Part shown: piece by piece, positions 1 through 9,442 of the stretch
How positions within the stretch are numbered: position 1 is the first letter of the stretch
Layout of the letters: every line of letters begins with the position of its first letter
NCBI GenBank assembly: GCA_964424945.1
Contig: CAYRLB010000001.1
Location: forward strand, 7,047 to 71,046
Direction: 5' to 3'
From: an uncultured Gemmatimonas sp.
Lineage (GTDB): Bacteria; Gemmatimonadota; Gemmatimonadetes; Longimicrobiales; Longimicrobiaceae
Length of the DNA stretch: 64,000 nt
The notes under the pieces: model-generated
What the model was told of the DNA's origin: nothing
Seen by the model: the letters and a program-made list of their open reading frames with translations, nothing else
Databases searched by the model: none
Made by a program: the position numbers and the translations under genes

Positions 1-2
1 TG

Positions 3-440
3 GAGGAGTTCGCGGCGACCTTCGGCCACGACTTCGATCCGGAATCGCTGATGACGTCGATCGCAGAAGCGTATCTGCGCGTAATCGGCGACCTCAAAGT
101 CATCGAGGTCGTCGCAGCGATTGCTCGGCGATTCCACGGCAGGGTCCCGATGGCGGTGGCGTCGGCGGGGAAGCGGGAGATCGTCGAGGCCACGTTGGAA
201 GTGACGGGAATCGCGGGACTCTTCGATGAAGTCGTCACGGTCGACGATGTCGGCGGGCGGACGAAACCTGCACCCGACCTCTTCCTGGAGGCTGCCCGCC
301 GGCTGGGAGTTCCCCCGGCAGAATGCACGGTCTTCGAAGATACTGACGAGGGAATCGAAGCGGCGCATCGGGCAGGGATGACGGTCACCGATGTGCGCTC
401 GATCCATCGCCACGAATGGCGGGAGGCGCTGGAAGGCTGA
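3..440 (+). CDS. HAD-superfamily hydrolase (subfamily IA phosphatase/beta-phosphoglucomutase-like), 5' end cut by window edge
   Basis: Frame is open from the window edge. C-terminal HAD motifs 'GRTKPAPDLFLEAARRLGV' and 'VFEDTDEGIEAAHRAGM'. Confidence 0.7.
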   Translation, partial: EEFAATFGHDFDPESLMTSIAEAYLRVIGDLKVIEVVAAIARRFHGRVPMAVASAGKREIVEATLEVTGIAGLFDEVVTVDDVGGRTKPAPDLFLEAARRLGVPPAECTVFEDTDEGIEAAHRAGMTVTDVRSIHRHEWREALEG

Positions 441-573
441 TCTGATCATTATCAGGCAGAGCATCCTGCCTTCTGACCGGCTGGCTCGGGCGCTCCATTC
501 AGGCGGCGCGTACCGGAGCAACGATGGCTGCCATGCAGTTCCTGCCCCCGGTTTCCTCGCCTGGGCGACGCCT

Positions 574-1677
574 TCAGGAGAGGCCGAGATGATCCATCAG
601 TTCCTCCGCGGCCGCCCTTCCGGCGCGGTTCGCCCCGATCGTCGAGGCGGAGGGGCCGTACCCCACGAGGTGGATTGCCGGATCGGACGCCACCTGGGTC
701 GCGAGCCGCCCCGTCATCGTGATCCCGCCACTCTTCTCCCGCAGCATCAGGGGCGCCAGGTGGTCGATCGAGCTCCGGAAGCCTGTGCACCAGAGAATGA
801 CGTCCGCCTCGAGGATGCGCCCATCCGCCCACGCGACGCCCTCCTCCACGATTCTGTCGAACATGGAGATGCGCTCCAGAACTCCGCGCTCCCTCATCGC
901 CAGAATGGCGGGTGTCAGCGGTATTCCGGTGACCGAGACGACAGAAGCCGGCGGAAGCCCGTGTCTTACCCGCTCCTCCACACGCGCGACTGCCTCGCGC
1001 CCTGCCTCCTCGCCAAAGGGACCCTCGCGAAAGAGGGGCGGCCTCCGGGTGACCCAGGTCGTCCGGGTGACGCGTGAGATCTCGTCGAGAAGCTGGATCG
1101 CGGAGATCCCCGCCCCGACGATAACCACATGCTTGTCGACGAACTCCTCGGCCCCGCGGTAATCCTTCGTATGAAGCTGGCGACCCCTGAAGAGCTCCGC
1201 CCCCGGAATCTCCGGAACGTGGGGACTTTCCCAGGTGCCGGTTGCGTTGACGATCCCCCTCGCTGAAAAGCCGATCCGATCGGTCTCCACCCTGAAACGC
1301 TCTTCCCGTCTGCACACCACGCGCGCGGTGACCGGTCGGTAGACGGGCAGCTCGAACCGCTCCTCATAGGCCTGGTAGTACGCGGGCACCACTGTGTTCG
1401 CCAGCGCCTGCTCGTCCCTCACATCCACGGCCTCGCTCAGCCGCATCCCCGGAAGGTCATGAATCCGGTTGACGGTGCTCAGCGTCAGCGTCGGCCAGCG
1501 ATGCTGCCACGCGCCGCCCGCCCGTGGGGACCCGTCCAGAATGACGAATTCCCGATGGGGTTCGAGCCCTCGACGCTTGAGGTGATAGGCGGTCGATAGC
1601 CCCGCCTGACCTGCGCCGATGATGACGATCTCGGTCTTCATCGAAACCGGTGAGAACTCCTGTGAGCCTTCGGTCAT
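574..1677 (-). CDS. FAD/NAD(P)-binding flavin monooxygenase-like oxidoreductase
   Basis: Two Rossmann dinucleotide motifs, 'IVIIGAGQAGLSTAYHL' and 'VVIVGAGISAIQLLDE'. Start may be the internal Met at 1641. Confidence 0.75.
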   Translation of the reverse strand: MTEGSQEFSPVSMKTEIVIIGAGQAGLSTAYHLKRRGLEPHREFVILDGSPRAGGAWQHRWPTLTLSTVNRIHDLPGMRLSEAVDVRDEQALANTVVPAYYQAYEERFELPVYRPVTARVVCRREERFRVETDRIGFSARGIVNATGTWESPHVPEIPGAELFRGRQLHTKDYRGAEEFVDKHVVIVGAGISAIQLLDEISRVTRTTWVTRRPPLFREGPFGEEAGREAVARVEERVRHGLPPASVVSVTGIPLTPAILAMRERGVLERISMFDRIVEEGVAWADGRILEADVILWCTGFRSSIDHLAPLMLREKSGGITMTGRLATQVASDPAIHLVGYGPSASTIGANRAGRAAAEELMDHLGLS

Positions 1678-1838
1678 GGATTCAGGCGTGAAGGGATAGG
1701 GCTGCGAAGGTTCCGGAAGACTTCAGACTGGCTTCCGTGGTTGACTGCCATCGCCCGTCTGTTAGCTTCACTGTGCGCGAAAATTGGCGCGAAAGGCGCT
1801 GCCTCGTCACGCGCACGTCCTCACTCCCAGCGGGGTCA

Positions 1839-4157
1839 ATGCCAGCACGTCAGCAGATTCAGAGCCTGCGACACGGGGACCACGCTTGCCTCATCTTCGA
1901 CTCCTTCGAGGATCGCCTGACGGCCCTCATCCCCTATCTCCAGGCGGGGATCGAGCGCGGTGAGCGATGCCTGTGCATAGCCGACGAGGATGACATCTCC
2001 GGCATCGCAGAGGCGCTGGATCGTGTTGGCCTGGACACGTCCGGCCTTGAACGATCCGGAATCGTCTTCTTCCAGTCCCGCCAGAAAACGTACCTGGGTG
2101 GCGGGGAGTTTGTGCCCCGGCGGATGGTGGAGTTCCTTCGGAAGATGGAGGAAGCCGCGATCCGCGACGGGTTCACGGGTCTCCGGACGACCGGCGATAT
2201 GGCCTGGGCGCTCGGATCCGAGAAGGGTTGCGACGAGCTGTTCGAATATGAGGCTCTCCTGAACGATTTCGCCGTAGAGAGCCGGAGCATCGGGCTCTGT
2301 CAGTATCAGCGCGATCTCTTCCCGCCCGCCATGATCGAGCAGGCTCTGCAGACGCACCCCCTTGCTGTCGTCGGCGGCCGTGTTACTGCGAATGCCTTCT
2401 TCGAGCCATCCGGTCGCGAGACGACGGCTGCGGAGCGGCTGCAGGGGAGGCTCGCTCTCCTTCAGCGCACGATGGACGCGGAGGAGCGGGCCGACAGCTG
2501 CGAAACGCTGGCGCGCGAACATGCGCTTCGTTTCGACCAGATGGTCGATGCGGTCCCGGACTGGGGTGTCTTCTGGCTGGATCTCGACGGGCGTATCACG
2601 AGCTGGAACGCGGGTGCCGAGCGGATAACGGGGTTCAGCGAAGAAGATGTTCTGGGCCGGAGTGTCGCCGACATCCCGCTGGGGTGGGAATGGAAGCGTG
2701 GTGGACGATCCGGACGGGTCCGCAATCGCGACCGGACCGTTCGTGAGGGCTGGCGCCGCCGGAAGGATGGCTCCCGGTACTGGGCCACGGAGGCGCTTAC
2801 CACACTCCGCGACGAATTCGGCAAGGTGGTCGGGTACAGCATGGCCACGCGTGATCTGACGGCGCGACGCCGGGCAGCAACGCTTCTTTCGCTGCAGAAA
2901 CGGCTCGTGGAGCTGGTGGTCGGCGGGGCTGCGCTGTCCGATGTGCTTCGTCACCTCGCGGGCGCAGTCGAAACGGTCTCGGATGGTACGGTCCGGTGCG
3001 CGATCCAGGTTCTCGATACCGAAGGGAAGCTGGGGAAGGCGGTTTCGCGCAGCCTTCCGGATAGCTTCCTCCGCGCGATCGATGGCCTCCCGACCGGCAC
3101 GGAGTCGCTGACCTGCTGCATCGCCGCCGCGACCGGGGATACTGCCGTCACCCCGGACTTTTCGACGGCCCCCGGATGGAGCGCCTTCCGCTACCTCGTC
3201 GACGAGATCGGGGTCGCCAGTGGGTGGAGCATGCCGATCCTCTCGCGCGATGGACGGGTCCTCGGGACCTTCGATTCCTACTTCAGGGAGGCCCGTGTTC
3301 CCACCGACGATGAGCGCGATGTGGTGGCGGTCCTGGCGCAGACTGCGTCGATTGCGATCGATCGTGTTCAGGCGGTTGAAGGCCTCCGCGAGAACCGGGT
3401 GGAGCTGAAGCAGGCGAAGGAGGATGCGGAGGCCGCCAGTCACGCCCGTAGTCAGTTCCTGGCCGTCGTCAGCCATGAGCTCCGCACACCACTGACAGGT
3501 ATCATCGGGTATGCGGACCTTCTCGGCTCGGATGTGTGGGGGCCGACAACCGAAGGCCAGCGCCTCCACATCGGGCGCATGAAAGCGAGTGCCTGGCATC
3601 TGGTATCGATCATCGACCAGATCCTGACCTACTCGCGCGTCGATGCCCGCAAAGAGGGCTTCAACCCGATGACGATGGACATCGAGCGGGTGGTCGAAGA
3701 GTGCGTGGAGTTGCTCAGGCCGGAAGCGCAGGCAAAGGGGATCGAGCTCACGGAAGGGGTCCCGAGGGGATCGAGCACCGTTGAATCCGATCCTCTCAAA
3801 ATTCGCCAGATCGTCCTGAATCTCGTGGGCAACGCGGTGAAATTTACCGATAGCGGGACGGTGGAGGTCCAGGTGGAGGGCCGGGACCACGATGTCAGAA
3901 TCTCTGTCCGCGATACCGGGCCCGGCATCCCGCAGGCGAAGCTCGACGAAATCTTCGAGGCTTTCGTGCAGGGAGACCAGTCAAGCACCCGGGTAAAGGG
4001 AGGAATCGGGCTCGGTCTCGCCGTCTCGAGGACATTGGCCAGCCTCCTGGGAGGCGGCGTCTCTGTCGAAAGCACTCCAGGTTCGGGTAGCACCTTCAGC
4101 CTGACCATCCCCCGAAAGAGCTACACGGCTGCTTCGGACGGGGAATGGATCAGCTGA
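1839..4157 (+). CDS. Sensor histidine kinase with MEDS-PAS-GAF-HisKA-HATPase architecture
   Basis: N-terminal MEDS-like 'HACLIFDSFEDRLTALIPYLQAGIERGERCLCIADED'. H-box 'FLAVVSHELRTPLTGI'. N/G boxes 'LNLVGNAVKFT', 'DTGPGI', 'GGIGLGLAVS'. Start chosen at the Met preceding the MEDS domain. Confidence 0.85.
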   Translation: MPARQQIQSLRHGDHACLIFDSFEDRLTALIPYLQAGIERGERCLCIADEDDISGIAEALDRVGLDTSGLERSGIVFFQSRQKTYLGGGEFVPRRMVEFLRKMEEAAIRDGFTGLRTTGDMAWALGSEKGCDELFEYEALLNDFAVESRSIGLCQYQRDLFPPAMIEQALQTHPLAVVGGRVTANAFFEPSGRETTAAERLQGRLALLQRTMDAEERADSCETLAREHALRFDQMVDAVPDWGVFWLDLDGRITSWNAGAERITGFSEEDVLGRSVADIPLGWEWKRGGRSGRVRNRDRTVREGWRRRKDGSRYWATEALTTLRDEFGKVVGYSMATRDLTARRRAATLLSLQKRLVELVVGGAALSDVLRHLAGAVETVSDGTVRCAIQVLDTEGKLGKAVSRSLPDSFLRAIDGLPTGTESLTCCIAAATGDTAVTPDFSTAPGWSAFRYLVDEIGVASGWSMPILSRDGRVLGTFDSYFREARVPTDDERDVVAVLAQTASIAIDRVQAVEGLRENRVELKQAKEDAEAASHARSQFLAVVSHELRTPLTGIIGYADLLGSDVWGPTTEGQRLHIGRMKASAWHLVSIIDQILTYSRVDARKEGFNPMTMDIERVVEECVELLRPEAQAKGIELTEGVPRGSSTVESDPLKIRQIVLNLVGNAVKFTDSGTVEVQVEGRDHDVRISVRDTGPGIPQAKLDEIFEAFVQGDQSSTRVKGGIGLGLAVSRTLASLLGGGVSVESTPGSGSTFSLTIPRKSYTAASDGEWIS

Positions 4158-4184
4158 TGGGAGCGGTCCCGGGTCGGCGAAGAC

Positions 4185-5249
4185 TCAGGAGCGTCCGCTG
4201 GAAATCAGAGGTTCCTGCTGTGTTAGGCAGTGCAGTGTCCCCAGGCCCCAGACCAGATCCACCGCATGGATCCCGACAATCTCCCGGTCGGGGAAAAGCT
4301 CGGCCAGGATGTTCAGAGCCGTACGGTCATTCCGATCGTTGAATGTCGGAACGAGCACTATCCCGTTCGCGATGTAGAAGTTCGCATAGCTCGCGGGTAG
4401 CCGCTCCCCGTCCATGACCACCGGCCGAGGGAAGGGAAGAGGGACGATCCGCAGCCCCCCAGGCGTTTCCTCCGAAGCGCGTTCGAGCCGACGCAGATTG
4501 TCTACCGAACGCTCGTGGTTTTCATCAGCCGGATCCTCTTCGTACGCCAGAACGATCGTCCGCTCATCCGTGAACCGGGCGAGGTCATCGATGTGCCCAT
4601 GCGTATCATCGCCGATCGCGCCCTCCCCAAGCCAGATCGTCCGTTCGATCCCGAGATAATCCGAGAACGCCTGCTCGTACGCCTCGCGCGTCATGCCCGG
4701 GTTCCGGACCTGCACATCCGAGAGTAGCCACTCTTCGGTCACCAGCATCAGGCCGGCACCATTCCCCTCGATCCCGCCGCCTTCCAGCACGAGTGGCGAG
4801 CCGGCAGCGTCAGGTCGTTCGGCGGCTATCAGCGGTTTGCCTGAAATGCGACCCACCGCGTCCGGGACACGATCGTCAAGCTTGTGATTCGGGTACTTTG
4901 CCCATCCATTGAACCGCCAGCGGATCCATTCGAAGCCATCCGGCCCCTCGACGCCTGTCGGCGCGGAATCACGCAGCCAGACGCGATCGGTGGGCACGTC
5001 GTGAAGCGAGTACCCGGACCGGTCCACGCCGTGCGCGTCCAGCGATCTGCGCGCATCATCCTCGGAGGCCGCATCATGGCACAGGATGTGGACATGCTCA
5101 TGGCGGTGGAGCGCCCGGACGATCTCCGCATAGACCCAGGGAATCGGCTCGAACTTCGAAGGCCAATCTTCCCGATGATGGGGCCAGGCCAGCCACGTGG
5201 CGGCGTGGGGCTCCCACTCGGCTGGCCAGCGTCGCTTTGTCTCGCTCAC
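4185..5249 (-). CDS. aguA: Agmatine deiminase
   Basis: 'WPAEWEPHAATWLAWPH' N-terminus and catalytic-Cys region 'GTLHCLTQQEP'. GTGA 4-nt overlap with the upstream amidase gene. Confidence 0.9.
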   Translation of the reverse strand: MSETKRRWPAEWEPHAATWLAWPHHREDWPSKFEPIPWVYAEIVRALHRHEHVHILCHDAASEDDARRSLDAHGVDRSGYSLHDVPTDRVWLRDSAPTGVEGPDGFEWIRWRFNGWAKYPNHKLDDRVPDAVGRISGKPLIAAERPDAAGSPLVLEGGGIEGNGAGLMLVTEEWLLSDVQVRNPGMTREAYEQAFSDYLGIERTIWLGEGAIGDDTHGHIDDLARFTDERTIVLAYEEDPADENHERSVDNLRRLERASEETPGGLRIVPLPFPRPVVMDGERLPASYANFYIANGIVLVPTFNDRNDRTALNILAELFPDREIVGIHAVDLVWGLGTLHCLTQQEPLISSGRS

Positions 5250-6166
5250 CCCAGATACCGGTTCAGGATCGGTCCGTAGGCGTCGATCCGACGGTCGCGC
5301 AGGAAGGGCCAGTTCCTTCGCGTGTATTCGATCTGCGCCGGATCACACTCCGCAATGAGGATCGTCGGGTCACTTCCTGCTTCGGCTACCATCCGTCCGA
5401 AGGGGTCGCAGATGAAGGAGTGACCGAAGAACTCGATACCATCGGTACCGGGTTCCGGCTCGAGGCCAACGCGGTTTGCCGCGCCAACGTAGACGCCATT
5501 CGCGATCGCGTGCGCGCGCTGCGCGGTCCGCCAGGCATCCGCCTGAGCCGCTCCCCACTCCTCCCGCTCCGCCGGATGCCATCCGATGGCGGTCGGGTAC
5601 AGAAGAACCTGCGCCCCCATCAGAGCGGTGATACGAGCAGCCTCGGGGTACCACTGGTCCCAGCAGATGAGAACGCCGATGCGCGCATAACGCGTCTCGA
5701 AAACGCGGAACCCGCCGGGGCCCCCCGCCTTCGCACCATGGTCGTAGATTTCGCCCGGCGTGAAGTAGTACTTCTCGTGGTAGAGCGGGTCGTCGGGGAT
5801 GTGCATCTTCCGGTAAATGCCCAGAAGCTCCCCATCCGCATCGATCACCGCCGCCGAATTGTAGTAGAGCCCCGCCGCGCGCTTCTCGAACATCGGCACG
5901 ACCAGCACCACCTCCAGCTCCGCGGCAAGCTTCTGCATCCGCTCAACGGTGGGGCCCGGCATCGGCTCGGCCAGGTTGAACCGCTCGGCGTCGGTCACCT
6001 TGCAGAAGTACGGCGCATCGAAGAGCTCCTGCAGACAGATGATCTGCGCACCGCGCGACGCAGCCTCCCGGATCGCTCGCTCATGCGACGAAATGGTAGA
6101 CTCCTTGTCAGCCTCCACACCGAGCTGAATCAGACCTAGCTTGAACGGATTCGTTTGCATCATCAC
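5246..6166 (-). CDS. aguB: N-carbamoylputrescine amidase (nitrilase superfamily)
   Basis: Nitrilase-fold motifs 'CLQELF' and 'ICWDQWYPE' (Cys nucleophile). Coupled to aguA. Confidence 0.9.
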   Translation of the reverse strand: MMMQTNPFKLGLIQLGVEADKESTISSHERAIREAASRGAQIICLQELFDAPYFCKVTDAERFNLAEPMPGPTVERMQKLAAELEVVLVVPMFEKRAAGLYYNSAAVIDADGELLGIYRKMHIPDDPLYHEKYYFTPGEIYDHGAKAGGPGGFRVFETRYARIGVLICWDQWYPEAARITALMGAQVLLYPTAIGWHPAEREEWGAAQADAWRTAQRAHAIANGVYVGAANRVGLEPEPGTDGIEFFGHSFICDPFGRMVAEAGSDPTILIAECDPAQIEYTRRNWPFLRDRRIDAYGPILNRYLG

Positions 6167-6242
6167 GATTGAGAAAGATCACCTATCAATCTCGAAGGCT
6201 GTCGCCGTCGAGCCTTCGACATCCATCCCCGGGCTGCAGGGC

Positions 6243-6857
6243 CTATGCCTGCCGCAGTACCTCTCCGGACTGCTCTCTCTGCAGTAGCGCCAGCTTCCGC
6301 TCAACGCCCCATCTGTATCCTGAAATACTTCCATCACCCCGCACCACACGGTGACAGGGAACGAGGACCGCGGCCGGGTTCGCCCCACACGCCCGCGCGA
6401 CCGCCCGGACAGATCCGCGTTTCCCGATCCGCTCCGCCAGTTGTGAGTAGGTCCTCGTCTCTCCATGCGGGATTTCCAGAAGCCCGCTCCAGACCAGCCG
6501 CTGAAACTCCGTGCCATTCAGCGAGAGCGGAATCTCGACATCCGCCCCGTCGATGCGTTCGGCCACCCGTTGTGCGAGAGAGCTCGCCGCGGTCTGAGTC
6601 GAGAGCTGAAAGCCGCGGAATCGCTCGGCGAGATCAGCCTCCAGGACCCCATCATCATCGCCGACGAGAACTGCACAGACGCCGCTCTTCATTTCCGCCA
6701 CCAAGGTGCGCCCCAGCCAGGTAGGCAGAACGGAATAGCGGACAGTGCGGTCAGATCCCGGTTCCACGGGTTCCGTGGGGTCCATCTTCGGAAACGGGGG
6801 ATCTCCCGCGGTAGCAGCATCCACTTCCGTCACCATAAGAACATCGCTCTCGGTCAT
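6243..6857 (-). CDS. ogt: Methylated-DNA--protein-cysteine methyltransferase
   Basis: Active-site 'VPCHRVV' and helix-turn-helix region 'TYSQLAERIG'. Confidence 0.85.
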   Translation of the reverse strand: MTESDVLMVTEVDAATAGDPPFPKMDPTEPVEPGSDRTVRYSVLPTWLGRTLVAEMKSGVCAVLVGDDDGVLEADLAERFRGFQLSTQTAASSLAQRVAERIDGADVEIPLSLNGTEFQRLVWSGLLEIPHGETRTYSQLAERIGKRGSVRAVARACGANPAAVLVPCHRVVRGDGSISGYRWGVERKLALLQREQSGEVLRQA

Positions 6858-6986
6858 AACGAGTCGAAGTGCCAGGGTTCATCACGGATGATCGCCCCAT
6901 CGGACGACCGCACGGATGGAAGTTAACTGCCGCTGTGGAGATGTGCCGGCCGAAAATGGCCTCCCCAGTCACCATCATCAAGCCGA

Positions 6987-7652
6987 TCACCTGACGACCC
7001 TGTCCGGCTCCCCATCTTCCAGCGCCCGCCCAAGCCTCTCCCGGAGCTCGGGAAGGAGCTGCTCCTCGAACCAGGGGCGTCGCATCCACCACGACTGGTT
7101 CCGTGGCGATGGGTGCGGAAGAGGAAAGAAGTCAGGCTGAAAGTCGCGCCAGGCGTGTACGGTCTCGGTGAGGCTGCCTTTCCAGCGTCTCCCCAGAAAG
7201 TGCCGCTGCGCATACTGCCCGATCAGAAGGGTCAGTCGGATATCCGGCATCGAGGCCAGCAGGCGATCGAGCCAGAGCTCGGCGCACTCCCGGCGCGGCG
7301 GGAGATCGCCACTCTTCCCCTTCCCGGGATAGCAGTAGCCCATCGGGACGATGGCGATCCGGGACTCGTCGTAGAAGAGCTCCGAGGTAACCCCGAGCCA
7401 CTCCCGCAGACGCGCACCGCTCGCATCGTCCCAGGGTACCCCGCTCGCATGGACACGTGCTCCCGGTGCCTGGCCCACGAGAAGGATCCGGGCTCGGGGG
7501 GAGGCGTGTACGATGGGTCGTGGTCCATGCGACAGATGCGCGGCGCACGCCCGGCATGCCCGAATCTCCGCCAGGAGATCTCCAAAGGCTGCGTCGCCCC
7601 CGATCGTTACCAGCTTTTCGCTCCCTTTCGTGCCCCCCATCACCGCACCCAT
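6987..7652 (-). CDS. Uracil-DNA glycosylase superfamily protein (SMUG-like motifs)
   Basis: Motif A 'LLVGQAPG' and motif B 'HPSPRN'. Confidence 0.75.
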   Translation of the reverse strand: MGAVMGGTKGSEKLVTIGGDAAFGDLLAEIRACRACAAHLSHGPRPIVHASPRARILLVGQAPGARVHASGVPWDDASGARLREWLGVTSELFYDESRIAIVPMGYCYPGKGKSGDLPPRRECAELWLDRLLASMPDIRLTLLIGQYAQRHFLGRRWKGSLTETVHAWRDFQPDFFPLPHPSPRNQSWWMRRPWFEEQLLPELRERLGRALEDGEPDRVVR

Positions 7653-7883
7653 TCCTGTGCTGTACCAGTGACCGGATTCCTACCGCACGCGCTCGAAAGC
7701 GCAGCCGGATCCAGCCCAAGCTCGGATCCTCCCCGGTGGACGCGAGAAGGGGCGGGGAAGCGCCTTGCCGGCGTCACCCCACCCCCTTCGATTTCGTTGA
7801 ATGCGCGGCCGGCCGAACGACACGGCGGGCGCACCCTCACGATATGGCCGATATGGTCACAATATGAATGACCGCAGAATCAG

Positions 7884-8480
7884 CTACTCGGCCGACACGC
7901 TGACTTCCTCGGCCTTCCGCCGCCGGCTGGGCGTGCCGCAGGCGCAGGCGCCGCACGAGCAGAGGAGCCCTTCGCAGCCGACACAGACGAAGCCCGCAAA
8001 GTCGTCGAGCGGAATTCCGCACACCTGGCACTTTACCCTGCGCCCCCCCTTGAAATCGGGAAGCCTGTCCGTCACACCCTCGGCGCGTATACCGATGCGC
8101 TCGAGGTACCGCTTGTGGGAGACCAGGATTGCGTCGCGCTGTCGGTTGTGCTGCTCCTCCCGGGCAATCCGGAGCCCGTCATCGTATACCGCCTTGAGCT
8201 CGCTCCGCGCGGAATACTCGCCGACTGCCTTCTCGCGTTCGGCCGGGTCGTCCACCTCGTGGATCTTCTCGACAACGATGGAGCGCGGAAAAGTCCGCGT
8301 CCGATGCTGCGTAAGACTGTAGAGGGTTACGTTCGCCGATCCGAAGCTCGACGTTTCACGATCGAGAATGAGGATGTCCTGGTCGCCGCTGTGGCGCCCG
8401 ACCCACAAGCGCTCTTCGCCGACCTCTACGGGGAGCTTTGCCTCCGAACTACCTGCGGGTCCGTTACCACGCTTCGACAT
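7884..8480 (-). CDS. Hypothetical protein with C-terminal cysteine-rich (zinc-ribbon-like) cluster
   Basis: Third-position G/C bias matches neighbouring genes. Starts 8 nt after the infA stop. C-terminus 'CQVCGIPLDDFAGFVCVGCEGLLCSCGACACG'. No family recognised. Confidence 0.6.
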   Translation of the reverse strand: MSKRGNGPAGSSEAKLPVEVGEERLWVGRHSGDQDILILDRETSSFGSANVTLYSLTQHRTRTFPRSIVVEKIHEVDDPAEREKAVGEYSARSELKAVYDDGLRIAREEQHNRQRDAILVSHKRYLERIGIRAEGVTDRLPDFKGGRRVKCQVCGIPLDDFAGFVCVGCEGLLCSCGACACGTPSRRRKAEEVSVSAE

Positions 8481-8488
8481 ACGCCCCC

Positions 8489-8710
8489 TCAGCTCTTGTG
8501 ACGGAAGGTGATCCGGCCGCGGGTCAGATCATAGGGCGAGAGTACCAGGGTTACTCGATCACCCGGCAGCACGCGGATCTTGAATTTTGTGAGCTTGCCG
8601 GCGCCATAAGCGAGCACGGTTTGTCCGTTCTCCAGCAGCACACGATACTTGCGGTCCGGTAGCACGTCTGTGACGCACCCCTCGACTTCAATTCCCTCTT
8701 CCTTGGCCAC
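8489..8710 (-). CDS. infA: Translation initiation factor IF-1
   Basis: Full-length S1-like IF-1, '[39 protein letters not shown]...RITFR'. GTG start with an AAGGA ribosome-binding site 5 nt upstream. Confidence 0.95.
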   Translation of the reverse strand: MAKEEGIEVEGCVTDVLPDRKYRVLLENGQTVLAYGAGKLTKFKIRVLPGDRVTLVLSPYDLTRGRITFRHKS

Positions 8711-8729
8711 GCCGATCCTTGTTCAGAAG

Positions 8730-8770
8730 AAAAAAACCGCGACCCTCATCAGCGGAGACGAGAACCGCGG
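8730..8770 (-). terminator. Terminator/attenuator-like hairpin plus U7 on the infA coding strand, 20 nt upstream of the infA start
   Basis: Minus-strand RNA CCGCGGU...GUCGCGG (two G-U pairs that work only on the minus strand), an inner UCUC/GAGG stem, then UUUUUUU. Confidence 0.5.
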
Positions 8771-9299
8771 GCGGGCGGGCAGCGAGTTCCATAGCCATCT
8801 CAGCAGCCATCTCTATGCTACACCTCACCCGCCGAACGTTCCGCACCGCTGCGACGAAGGAAGCCTAAAGATGAACCTCCAGCGACGCATGCACCCGCAA
8901 TCCGGCCAGTGAAGAGGTTGTTTTTCCGACACTCAGCGGGGTGATCGGATCGCAGCTTTCTCCGCCATCTGCACAGCCTCACCGGACGTTCCCGGAATGC
9001 AATCAGAGCCCGCCAGCTACGCTCCGGCCGGATGACGTAATCCGAACGCTCTCGCCGGGGAGATCAGCACTGAATGCAGCGCACGGTAAAGCTTGCGCCC
9101 GTTCACCCACCTCTGGAACCAACCCCGTAAGCCGTTGATGCACCCGATCTTTCCCGGGTTGGAACTCTGCCCCGGTTCGGGATGTAGACCTTCGGAGGGA
9201 CTTCCTTCGGACCGACCCCTGGTCCTTCAGTCTGATCTGAACGACCGCGGGTCCGGCGGTCCGAATTGTGCCCAACGGAACCTCGAACTCATCAGGGAA

Positions 9300-9344
9300 C
9301 CGCAGGCTGTCCGACTCTTCGGATAGGGCCTGCGGAGTTTTTCT
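9300..9344 (+). terminator. Intrinsic-terminator-like hairpin on the plus strand, about 100 nt upstream of the FKBP gene
   Basis: 8-bp stem CCGCAGGC/GCCTGCGG, inner stem TCCGA/TCGGA, followed by AGTTTTTCT. No U-tract on the opposite strand. Confidence 0.55.
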
Positions 9345-9442
9345 GGTCAGCGATCGGCGCCCGGTCCGGAAGGAGGACAGAGAGAGAGTCCACCAAGAGG
9401 GAAGCCGCAGAGTATTGCAGCCCCTAAATCGGAGGTGCCCAT

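Noticed and set aside
1836-3890. 684-aa minus-strand ORF
   Set aside because: Antisense shadow of the histidine kinase, which has complete H/N/G boxes on the plus strand.
9003-9275. 90-aa minus-strand ORF (TTG start) and 65-87-aa plus-strand ORFs in the gap
   Set aside because: Hand-counted third-position G/C is about two thirds, against about 85-90 percent in real genes here. They contain several rare codons (AGA, AGG, CGA, TTA, ACA). There are no motifs and no ribosome-binding site.
9266-9276. 11-mer TTGTGCCCAAC shared with 36824-36834
   Set aside because: Exact 11-mer repeats are expected by chance many times in 64 kb, and the flanks do not extend the match.
8938-9344. Possible tmRNA (plus-strand 'GGGGUGAUCGGAUCG...' resembling a tmRNA 5' end, and 'UCCACCA' at about 9389)
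   Set aside because: There is no T-arm (GGUUCGAnUCC) near any CCA. No tag reading frame ends in the usual Ala-Ala stop context. The acceptor pairing is absent.
8771-9440. RNase P RNA or SRP RNA in the infA-FKBP gap
   Set aside because: Only partial look-alikes are present. The minus strand has 'GGAAGUCC' rather than GGAAAGUCCGGGC. 'GGCUUAC' lies only about 70 nt away from it rather than about 270 nt. The plus strand has 'GGUCCGGAAGGAGGAC', but the flanks cannot form the SRP helix.
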